A DNA stretch of 64,000 nucleotides. It comes from Chrysemys picta bellii. Its lineage: Eukaryota. Under the pieces are notes generated by a model that worked only from the letters and a program-made list of their open reading frames with translations, was not told the DNA's origin and searched no databases. A program made the position numbers and the translations under genes. Location: assembly GCF_011386835.1 (NCBI RefSeq), contig NC_088797.1, positions 29,450,001-29,514,000 on the forward strand. Reading direction: 5' to 3'. Within the stretch, counting starts at the first letter, position 1. Every line of letters starts with the position of its first letter. Of this stretch, positions 11,230 through 22,100 are shown in pieces.

Positions 11230-12650
11230 GGGTCTGTTTCTATTTTCAGCTTGCCCGCTTGGTGTCCGTCTCCCTGAGATATGTCTTTCCTAATTGCCGA
11301 AAGTCCATGCTGTCACACAGGTGTGGCAATTGAGCCAAGTAATTCACCATCTGTGCCATCTCCCTCATATGACCAATGAAACCGTTGCATGCAAGTTAGC
11401 TGTAGAGCAAGGATGGTGATTGGTTGAGTTACCTCTGATCTCACAATGGTCTAGAACTCTTGGCCTGGCGTGGATACATGCCTTACTGTAGCTGTACACA
11501 ACACAGGAGTAATTTGTAAAGTCAAAATGGCTGAGAACTTAAAAAATGGACAGTAACAAACTGCGAAACCCAGTGATGATCGAACCTGGTGATATTCTGA
11601 ACCAAAAGAGCTCACAGCCATGCTTATAGCTGCTTCCATCCCTTCACACTGACTCCACAGACAGTGTAGGCCTCCGAGTGACACACACACACACGTGACA
11701 ATTGTGGAATCTTATTATATAGATATTCTGATATAGTGCTGGATAGAGCTCCCAGTGACTGTTCTTCCTCCTTTCACACGTTGAAGGTATTCTCGTGTTG
11801 TGCTATTATCAGATCCATGGCTTGTACTGCCCAGCAGCGGGTGGTGCTTCTGTATATCAACTACTGTGAGCTCCAAGCAATGTCTCTTGTCTCGTGGGTT
11901 TCTTATCAAGCACCTGCATTTGCCCACTAGCCTCCAGCACTTAGTCACATTCCTCCAGTCTAATATTGGTGCTCATCATTGTTGCTGGGATTACATTGCA
12001 GCTGGCTTTGCAGTCCAGCTGGAGTCCAATCGGTTGTCGATCCAATAGCATAGTTGCAAATATGGCAGTTGAATGGTGGGCAGCTTTCTCCTGCAGTGCA
12101 TGGACACTGAGTGAATGTCTCTGGACCTGCTAAAGTTATACTGTAGATCTCCTCTTCCCCACTGAAAGTCTCTACATCCTTAGTCACTACATACACTGGC
12201 ATGGAGACACGAAGTGGTTCTATATTCCACATCCCTTGCACCATTGTCCATAGACTGGGCATTTTCCTTTCTGCCTTTCATGCCACTCACTGGACCATGA
12301 TGGCTGCATTCTTGGCCGGTATGTCTCTGTCCTGCTTCCTGGGTTCCTTTAGCTTGAGCCTGTGTACTTGGTCTGCACCAGTGACTGTCACTGTTTTGCT
12401 CCTTCCCCAGACAGTTTAGTTGCCCTTGCTGTTCGGAGGCATTTCTCTAGGGTTAGATCGGTTTCTTTCCACAATCTTTCCAATAAGCTGGAATCATGTG
12501 TCCCACAAATGATCCTGTCTCTACTTAGGGAATCTTTAATGTCTCCAGAGTTACATATGGATGCCTGTGTTCTCAGCTCTTTAACATAATTATCTATTTC
12601 CTGTTCTGATTCTTGTTTCCAGGTTAAAAAAGGTATCTCTCTACAATCGC
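11230..12650 (-). mobile_element. Degenerate Gypsy LTR-retrotransposon gag/protease fragment
   Basis: The minus strand translates to YVKELRTQASICNSGDIKDSLSRDRIICGTHDSSLLERLWKETDLTLEKCLRTARA and a zinc knuckle CPVYGQWCKGCGI*NHFVSPC; contains stops. Confidence 0.75.
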
Positions 12651-12761
12651 TTTCTCTTCTGGGGTTGCCATATGCAGGCCTGGCTCCCTGCTCTAACCAC
12701 TAGATTCCACTCCCCTCACCTGAGTTCTGTCCCTGGCTCTGGGAGGAGAATGGGGTACAGT

Positions 12762-13135
12762 TAAGGCTACGTTTTAGTCATGGGTATTTTTAGTAAAAGT
12801 CATGGACAGGTCATAGGTAGTAAGCAAGAATTCATGGCCTGTGACCTGTCCATGACTTGTACTACATATCCCTGAGTAAATCTTGGGTGCTCTGGGGGTG
12901 GCGGCTCAGGGGTGCGTGGGTGCTCTTGGGGGGACAGCGGCGTGCAGCCTGGGACCCCCACTGCTACTCAGAGGCGGGTGCGCAGTGGCTCGAGACTGCC
13001 CCAGCAGCGGCTGGTGTGGCTGGCCCACAGACTGCCCGAGCTGCTTGGGTGGCCCCCAGGCCAGCCACACCAGCCACTGCAGAAGTCACAGAGGTCCCGG
13101 AAAGTCTCAGAATCTGTGACAGACTCGCAGCCCTA
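12762..13135. mobile_element. hAT MITE
   Basis: TIRs TAAGGCTACG / CGCAGCCCTA; 8-bp TSD ggtacagt / ggtatagt. Confidence 0.85.
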
Positions 13136-13287
13136 GGTATAGTGTGTTGGGGAGTGGGCAGGGGCTGGTCGTCAGGACTCCTGGGTTCTATTCCTGGCTC
13201 TAGAAGAGGAGAGAGGGGGAAAGTTAAAGGGAGGGGATGTTAATTAGATTAATTATGATATTTGCATAGAGGTTCCCTGCAGCCTTG

Positions 13288-13480
13288 AAAGTCAGGGTGG
13301 AACACTTGCTAGAGCACTAGACTGCAATTTAAGAAACCTGAGTTCTGATCCTTGCTCTGTCACAGACCCGTCCTCGCTCTGTGCCTCAGTTTCTCCATCT
13401 GTAAAATAGGGATAATGATACTGACCTCCTTTGTACAGTGCTTTGAGATGCATTGATTAAAAGTGCTGTATAAGAGCTAT
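13288..13480 (+). mobile_element. MIR/CORE-SINE
   Basis: ctctgtgcctcagtttctccatctgtaaaatagggataatgatactgacctc is the CORE sequence. Confidence 0.75.
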
Positions 13481-14056
13481 GGATTATTTTATAACTCAAA
13501 TTTATATTACATATAAAGGGGATGTGATATAGTGGATGATATCCCAAGCTGTATCTTGGTATTGGTAGCAGCATTATGCTGAAAACGAATTTTTGGAGAG
13601 GAAAAGGCCTGGTTGATATTGCTCTTGGTACGGGCACTGATGGAGTAGGTGAACAGAACAGTGGCAGACATGCCTGCAGGAGTTTGTGTTGCGTTTTGAT
13701 GAGTACACTGGACCAACTTCATATAGTCCCCAGAGCACCAAGTCCTGGGAGCTCCATCACTGGGGCTGGATGACCAGAAATGGAGCTAAGAGCCACTTTC
13801 CTTTGCTTTGGGCTTGGGCTGGGACAGTTCAGGAGTCGCAGAGGCTCCTGTTATCCAAAGTTGTCGCTGACATTGGCCAACGTGAACCTGCAGCCAGATG
13901 CACATGCTATAGGGAGCCCTTTCCAGGACCCAAAGATGTGATGGGATTACACTGGACCCTGGATTCAATTATCAAGCAATACAAACTAGAAAGAAGATGA
14001 AGCTAACGAACCAGCGAAGACAAGAAGAGGAGTGGCTTGATGACTCCCCACCCAGA

Positions 14057-14341
14057 TTTCAGAGTAGCAGCCGTGTTAGTCTGTATCTGCAAAAAGAACA
14101 GGAGTACTTGTGGCACCTTAGAGACTAACAAATTTATTTGAGCATAAGCTTTCGTGGGCCACAGCCCACTTCATCGGATGCATGTAGTGGAAAATACAGT
14201 AGGAAGATATATATATACACAGAGAACATGAAACAATGGGTGTTACCACACACACTCTAAGGAGAGTGATCAGTTAAGGTGAGCTTTTATCAGCAGGAGA
14301 GAAAAAGAACTGTTTGTAGTGGTAATGAAAATGGCCCATTT
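14057..14341. mobile_element. Penelope-like retroelement fragment
   Basis: Starts tttcagagtagcagccgtgttagtc; flanked by an 11-bp direct repeat CCCCACCCAGA (14046-14056, 14342-14352). Confidence 0.8.
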
Positions 14342-14499
14342 CCCCACCCAGAGGTAGCTTTGGTGGTGGTGGCGGTGACACCAAGAAACAACTTGACGGG
14401 GTGAGGCCGCAGGTGTGCTGAGACCAGACACCCTCTCATGCTGACCACTACTGTCTCACTGTTACCTTGTGCTCCCCCATCTCTCTGTCTCTCTACCCC

Positions 14500-14725
14500 T
14501 CTGTAAAAAGCAACAGAGGGTCCTGTGGCACCTTTGAGACTAACAGAAGTACTGGGAGCATAAGCTTTCGTGGGTAAGAACCTCACTTCTTCAGAGGCAT
14601 CTGAAGAAGTGAGGTTCTTACCCACGAAAGCTTATGCTCCCAGTACTTCTGTTAGTCTCAAAGGTGCCACAGGACCCTCTGTTGCTTTTTACAGATTCAG
14701 ACTAACACGGCTACCCCTCTGATAC
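14500..14725. mobile_element. Penelope-like pseudo-LTR in inverted (palindromic) configuration
   Basis: Perfect inverted arms 14500-14595 and 14600-14695 with a 4-nt loop; flanking duplication tctacccctctgt (14492-14504, 14726-14738). Confidence 0.85.
14601..14639 (+). ncRNA. Minimal hammerhead ribozyme-like motif (mirror copy on the minus strand at 14556-14594)
   Basis: CTGAAGA-[stem II gtgagg...cccac]-GAAA-GC-TTAT-GC-TC fits the CUGANGA/GAAA/UH core known from Penelope repeats; helix I is not evident. Confidence 0.55.
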
Positions 14726-15229
14726 TCTACCCCTCTGTTGTCTCCTGGCTTATACTTAGATTGTAGGCTCTGCGGAGCAGGGTCTGTGTGTTCTGCATTT
14801 GAACAATGCCTAGCACAATGGGGCCCTGTCTGTGAACCAGGCTCCTAGGTGCTGCGGTAATACACATAATAAATAATCACAATCATGTAAAATTGCCAGC
14901 AGACACGACTCTCGCGGCATGGTTTGGTTGCGAGCTTTCTGGAAAATCGGAAAAGCCACTTGCACTTAAAAAGCAGGCTGACCCCCTCCCCGGCCTCCAG
15001 GAGCAGGGCAGCCTGTGACCTTCTGGGAAAGTAAAGCGAGGTCTAATCCGGTTTGTCAGTGAAAGGAAGCAGGGACCTTTCCCCTCTCGGGGCACCAACC
15101 CCGATCCAGCCCCAGGGCAGGTGGACTGGCAGGCTCGGGGGTGGGCAATGGGATTTGGGACCTTCCCTCTCCCGTTAATTACATGACAACAGCACCTGAG
15201 GCGGCAGAGCACGGACCAGCCCTTCAGGG

Positions 15230-15410
15230 TAACGCGTGTGGCAGCGGAGGAGCTCGGAAAGCGAAGTCCTCCCCCATCCCGAAGCACGATTGGCTGCAAA
15301 GAGTGTCCGTCTCTCTGGCAGAGCGCACGGATTGGTGGGTGGGCGAGGGCCGAGGTTATGAATGGAAAGCCGCTGGGGGCGGGGCTGCAAGCAGGAAGTG
15401 GCGGCAGGTG
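15230..15410 (+). promoter_or_regulatory. DPP3 CpG-rich promoter and probable non-coding exon 1
   Basis: Inverted CCAAT boxes (ATTGG at 15289 and 15331), GC box GGGGCGGGG about 15376-15384, ETS site CAGGAAGTG 15392-15400, candidate donor CAG|gtgggg at 15407. Confidence 0.6.
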
Positions 15411-16147
15411 GGGGCTCTGAGCGCGTGCTGTAGCGTGAGTTGGGTGCAAGGCGGGTCTCGCGCACCCTGCCGGGAGGAGGGGCGTGCATAGGGGTCTTGG
15501 GGGGAGGGGGAATCCTCAGAGCGGTGGAGGTTCTGGGGGGTGGTGAAGGCCCCTCCCCGCGGTGCAGGGGGCATAGGCCTTGCCCGGACTGGGGAGGCAC
15601 CAGGTGTGAGCTGGGGGCTGGGCACAGGGAGAGTGGAAGGGGATGCACTGGGGTATGTGCAGGCACTTGTGGGTGCAGATGTTGCTGCAATATAAGGGTG
15701 CACCGTGCAATTAGGGCACTGTCATGGGGTGTGTGTGTGATGCTAAGATGTAGCCGCCTCTGGGGTGAGGCATGGGGGCAGTTTATACAGGATCCTTTAT
15801 CTAGCCGCCTCTGGGGTGCTGCATCTTGGGGTGGATGTGTCATTGTACAGTTGTGCTTGGGAGGGCAATTGTGTGGTTGTGTAGGTCAGTCAGATAGGCC
15901 ATTGCATGAGCGTGTGGTTGTGCATGTGGCTGTGTCCCTGGTTGTGCACATGCCACATTGGCTCAGCTGTGGGGCAATAGCCCTGTCTGTCCTCATTGAC
16001 CTTCTGCTGTAGCTGTTACGGGCGGGGACAATAACCAACCTAGGGATGAATATGGAAGTGGGAAGGGAGTGGGGTCTTGTGGTTCGATCACAGGCTGTGG
16101 GTTGGGACTGAGGGCACCCATGCTCTCCCCGCAGGCTGGCCAGCAAA

Positions 16148-19100
16148 ATGGTGGACTCGCAGTACGTGCTGCCCAATGACGTGGGGCTGGCGCTCCTGGA
16201 CTGCAGCGAGGCCTTCCGGCTGCTGCTGCGGGGCGAGCGGCTCTACGCCCACTACCTGTCACGTGCCTGCTGGTATGGGGGGCTGGTTGTGCTGCTCCAG
16301 ACCTCACCTGAGGCACCAGCCATCTATGTGCTGCTCTCCCGCCTCTTCCGTGCCCAGGACCCTGACCAGCTGGGGGAATTGGCACGCTCCACTGGCCTCA
16401 CTGACCAGGAGTACCAGGTACCACCATATCCAGATACCTGGGTTCTGTCTCTAGCTCTAGAAGGGGAGTGGGGTCTAGTGGGTTAGAGCACTGGGGAGGG
16501 GCTGGGAGGTTGGTCTCCTGGGTTTCTTTGGCTCTGGGAGGGGATTGGGTGTTAGTAGGTTAGAGTGGGGGGGAGGGAGGGAGGGAGCCAGGATTCCTGG
16601 GTTCTCCCTGGCACTGAAGTGCCTGGCTGGACCCTGATCTTTCCTCTCCCCACCTAGGCGTTCCTGGTTTACGCTGCTGGCGTCTTTTCCAACATGGGGA
16701 ACTACAAATCTTTTGGGGACACCAAGTTTGTGCCCAACTTGCCCAAGGTGAGTCTGTGGATGCAAGGGGTGGAGGGAGGGGCCACATGCCAGAGTCATGG
16801 GGATGGAACATATTTTGGAGTCTCCATGGGGAGACACTGCTCCCCAGACACAGCATCATCCTCTTGCCAAGAGCTCTGTGCCAGATGCCTTCCCTCTCTT
16901 TGGCTATGGGGCAGGTCCCTGATTGAGTTGAATGTTCCATGGAGGGAGACTGTTTGGCCCTCCCTCACCTCATGGCTCCAGCCCACTTATCCCCCCCTCC
17001 ATCACAGCTGTACCCCTTTCCCCCCAGGATAAGCTCCGACGACTGATCTGGCAGAGCCAGGCATTCCAGGAGCAGCCGGAGGAGATGAAGTTGCTGTGGG
17101 ATAGGTGTGGGGAGCTGATGTTCTCGCTGGACGCACAGCAGAGACAGCTGGGGCTTAGAGAAAAGGTAATGTCCCATGCATACACATGTGATGATTCTAG
17201 TCTGGGGAGGGGAGGGGTGGGGCTTGAGAGCAACCAGGATGGATTGATTTAAATAATCTATTGTCATCTTGTTTTGCCTTTGTACTTTTTAGTTGTTTTC
17301 CTAAAGAAAGGTTTATTCTCATTGGTTATTATAAATCATTCAAACAGATTGATTTATAGATTCATGAATTCTAAGGCTACGAGGAACCTCTGTGGTCATC
17401 TAGTCTAATCTCCTGTATAACACAGGCCATAGGACTGCCCTGAATTAATTCCTGGTTGAACTAGAGCAGTGGTTTTCAAACTTTTTTCCAGGGACCCAGT
17501 TGAAGAAAATTGTTGATGCCTGTGACCCAACGGAGCTGGGAATGAGGGGTTTGAGGTGTGGGAGGGGCTCAGGGCTGGGGAAGAGGGTTGGGGTGCGTAG
17601 GTGAGGGCTGTGAGGTGGGGCCAGGAATGAGGGGTTCAGGGTGTGGGAAGGGGCTCTGGGCTGGAGCAGGGGGTTGGGGTGCAGGAGGGGGTCAGGGCTC
17701 TGGGCTCGGGGTGCAGGTTCTGGGCTGGGGCTGCGGATGAGGAGTTTGAGGTGCAGGAAGGGCTCTGGGTTTGGGGGAGCTCAGGGTGGGGGCAGGGAGT
17801 TGGGGTGTAGGAGGGGGTAAGGGCTCTGGGTTGGGGGTGCAGGCTCTGGGGTGGGGTTTAGGGTGCAGGAAGGGGTTCCAGGTTTGGGGGGGCTCAGGGC
17901 TGGGGCAGGGGATTGGAGCACGGACTTACCTCCGGTGGCTCCCGGTCAGCAGCACAGCTGGGGTGCAGAGGCAGGCTTCCCAACAGTCCTCGCACCGCGG
18001 ACTGTGCTGCACCTGAAGCAGCCAGCAGGAGGTCCGGCTCCTAGGCAGAGGCGCGCAAGTGGCTCTGCGCAGCTCTTGCCTGCAGGCACCGCCCCTCCCC
18101 CAGCTCCCATCAGCTGGGAACTGGCCAATGGAAGTGCGGAGCTGGTGCTTGGGGCAGGGGCAGTGCACGGAGCCCTGTGGCCCCCCTGCTTAGAAGCTGG
18201 ACCCGCTGCTTGCCACTTCCAGGCTGCAGCACGGTGTCAGAATAGGTAGGCACTAGCCTGTCTTAGCTGGGCAGCACCGCTGACGGGACTTTTAACGTCC
18301 CGGTCGGTGGTGCTGACCAGAGCGACCCAGTGCCTTCCATGCTGCGACCTGACCCAAACTTTGAAAAACACTGAACTCAAGCACTAAATTAAGGCGGAAG
18401 CTTTTGTGCAGAACAGAAACTGAAAGAGCTGTGGTTTGAGGTAATGCAGATAGCAAAGTTTGCTCATTGTCAAACTAATGGCGTGCCCAGGTCTCACTCT
18501 GCTCCAGCATCAGGACACGTAGGCCGTTGTGACATGTATAAAGCTTGACTCGTCCTCAGCCATTAAAGATGGTTTAGCCCCAATTGCTCATATAATTAAA
18601 CAAGCCGTGCACTTTCCCCCTTAAAGATTTGAGGAGGGCTCATCCATGCAGCATATTATATTATTGTGTATTTCTTTCAGTGTTTCTGTTGGTTTGCAGT
18701 AAGTTTTGGCCTTGCCAGAGCCTGTCAGAAGTTCAAACTGAATTTGAAACACATTGAAGAACAGTTAGCCAAAGAATCAAAAAGTTAATAGCACTTTTTT
18801 TTTTTAAAGGACATCAGAAGCAAAAAAGCCTGCTAAACAACCAGTGGGGCCACTGGACAATGGAGATGCTAAAGGAGCACTCAGGATGATAAGGTCATTG
18901 CAGAGAAACTAAATGAATTCTTTGCATTGGTCTTCACGGCTGAGAATGTTAGGAAAATTCCCAAACCTGAGCCATTCTTTTTAGGTGACAAAGCCAAGGA
19001 ACTGTCACAGATTGAGGTGTCATTAGAGGTTTTGGAACAAATTGATAAACTAAATAGTAATAAGTCACCAGGACCAGATGGTATCACCCAAGAGTTCTGA

Positions 19101-22100
19101 AGGAACTCAAATGTGAAACTGCAAAACTATTAACTGTACTTTGTGTCATTTAAATCAAATGACTGGAGGATAACTAATATGGTCAGTTAACTCCCGCGAT
19201 TAACTCAAAAAAATTAATTGCCATTAATCACACAGTTAAACAGTAGAATACCAATTGAAATTTATTAAATATTTTTGGATGTTTTTCTACATTTTGAAAA
19301 ATATCAATTTCAATTACAACACAGAATACAAAGTGTACAGGGCTCTCTTTATATTATTTTTATTACAAATGTTTGCACTGTAAAAACGATAAACAAAAGG
19401 AATAGTATTTTTTCAGTTCACCTCATACAAGTACTGTAGTGCAATCTCTTTATCATGAAAGTGCAACTTACAAATGTAGGTTTTTTGTGACATAACTGCA
19501 CTCAAAAACAAAACTTTAGAGCAGGGGTGGGCAAACTTTTTGGCCACATCAGGGAATAGAAATTGTATGTCGGGCCATGAATGCTCATAAAATTGGGGTT
19601 GGGGTGCGGGAGGGGGTGCTGGCTCTGGGTGGGGCTGGAGATGAGGAATTTGGGGTGTAGGAGGGTGCTCTGGGCTGGGACCGAAGGGTTCAGAGGGCAG
19701 GAAGGGATCAGGGCGGGGGGAGGGGTGCGGGAAGGGGTGCAGGTTCTGGCTGGTGGTGCAACTCTGGGGTGGGGCTGGGGAATGAGAGATTTGGGGTGCA
19801 GGAGAGTGCTCCAGGGTGGGATCGAGGGGTTTGGAGAGGAGAATCAGAGCTGGGGCAGGGGGTTGGGGCACGGGGAGAGGCTCAGGGGGTGCAGGCTCCA
19901 AGTGGCGCTTACCACAAACGACTCTCAGAAGCAGTGGCATGTCCCTTCTCCAGGTCGTACGCGCAGGCGCAGCCAGGCGGCTCTGCTCGCTGCCCCATCT
20001 GCAGGTGCTGCCCCTGCAGCTCCCACTGGAGCATGTAGGAGCCGGAGCGGTTCCGGAACATCCCACAGCTTCCGGGAGTGGCGTGGTGTGGCCCCGACCC
20101 AGCGCCCCAGACAGAGCAGGGCCAAGCCATATGGTGTAGCCAAGACCCAGCGCCCCGGCTGGAGCGCCAGAGCAGGGCCAAGCCACTGATGCGGCTCGCA
20201 GGCCATCTGAAAACGGCTCTGGGCCGTAGTTTGCCCACCCCTCCTTTAGAGCCTACAAGTCCACTCAGTCCTACTTCTTATTTAGCCGATCGCTAAGAGA
20301 AACAAGTTTGTTTACATTTACAGGAGATAATGCTGCCCACTTGTTAATTACAATGTCACCTGAAAGTGAGAACAGGTGTTCACATGGCCCTGTTGTAGCT
20401 GGTGTCGCAACAGACTTACGTGCCAGATGCGCTAAAGATTCATATACTTCTTCATGCTTCAGCCATCGTTCCAAAGGACATTCTTCCATTCTGATGACGC
20501 TTATTAAAAAAAAAAATGCGTTAATTAAATTTGTGACTGAACTCCTTGGGGGAGAATTGTATGTCCTCTGCTCTGTTTTACCCGCATTCTGCCATATATT
20601 GCATGTTATAGCAGTCTTGGATGATAACCCAGCACATGTTGTTCATTTTAAGAACACTTTCACTGCACATTTGACAAAATGCAAAAAATATACCAATGTG
20701 AAATTTCTAAAGATAGCTGCAGCACTCGACCCAAGATTTAAAACTCTGAAGTGCCTTCCAAAATCTGAGAGGGACGAGGTGTCGAGCATGCTTTCAGTCT
20801 TAAAAGAGCAACATTCCGATGTGGAAACTACAGAACCCAAACCACCAAAAAAGAAAAATCAACCTTCTGCTGGTGACATCTGACTCAGATGACGAAAATG
20901 AATTTGCATCAGTCCGCATTGCTTTAGATCATTATCAAGCAGAACCCGTCGTCAGCATGGACGCATGTCCTCTGGAATGATGGTTGAAGCATCAAGGGAC
21001 ACGTGAATCTTTAGCACATCTGGCATGTAAATATCTTGCAACGCCGGCTACAACAGTGCCATGCAAACACCTGTTCTCACTTTCAGATGACATTGTAAAC
21101 AAGAAGCAGGCAGCATTATCTTCTGCAAATGTAAACAAACTTGTTCGAGCGATTGACTGAATGAGAAGTAGGACTGATTGAACTTGCAGGCTCGAAATTT
21201 TTACATTTTTATTTTTGAATGCAGGTTTTTTGTACATAATTCTACATTTGTAAGTTCAACTTTCATGATAAAGAGATTGCACTACAGTACTTGTATTAGG
21301 TGCATTGAAAAATACTGTTTCTTTTGTTTTTTTACAGTGCAAATGTTTGTATTAAAAATAAAGTGAGCACTGTAGACTTTGTATTTTGTGTTGTAATTGA
21401 AATCAATATATTTTAAAATGTAGAAAACATCCAAAAATATTTAAAGAAATGGTATTCTATTATTGTTTAACAGCACGATTAATTGCAATTAAATTTTTTA
21501 ATAGCTTGACAGCCCTAGTTGAAACTATAGTAAAGAACAAAATTGTCAGACACATAGATGAACTTAATTTGTTGGGGAAGAGTCAACATGGTTTTTGTAA
21601 AAGAAAATCATGCTTCACCAATCTACTAGAATTCTTTGAGGGGGTCAACAAGCACGTGGACAAGGGGGATCCAGTGGATACAGTATACTTAGATTTTCAG
21701 AAAGTCTTTGATGAAGTCCCTTACCAAAGGCTCTTAAGCAAAGTAAGTTGTCATGGGATAAGAGGAAAGATCGAAAACAAAGGGTAAGAATAAATTATCA
21801 GTTTTCAGACTGGAGAGAGGTAAATGATGGTGTCCCCCAGGGATCTGTACTGGGCCCAGTCCTATTCAACATATTCATAAATGATCTGAAAAAAGGAGTA
21901 AACAGTGAGGTGGCAAAATGTGCAGATGATACAAAACTACTCAAGATAGTTAAGTCCCAAGCAGACTGCGAAGAGCTACAAAAGAATCTTACAAAACTGG
22001 GTGACTGGGCAACAAAATGGCAGATGAAATTCAATGTTGATAAATGCGAAGTAGTGCACATTGGAAAACATAATCCCAACTATACATATAAAATGATGGG

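Noticed and set aside
15175-16012. Long ORFs (222 aa minus, 190 aa plus) near the DPP3 promoter
   Set aside because: Low-complexity products of GC/GT-rich sequence with no recognisable domain or splice structure.
20308-20883. Intact domesticated hAT transposase (ZBED-like)
   Set aside because: Only frameshifted C-terminal fragments inside a fold-back element; no catalytic core.
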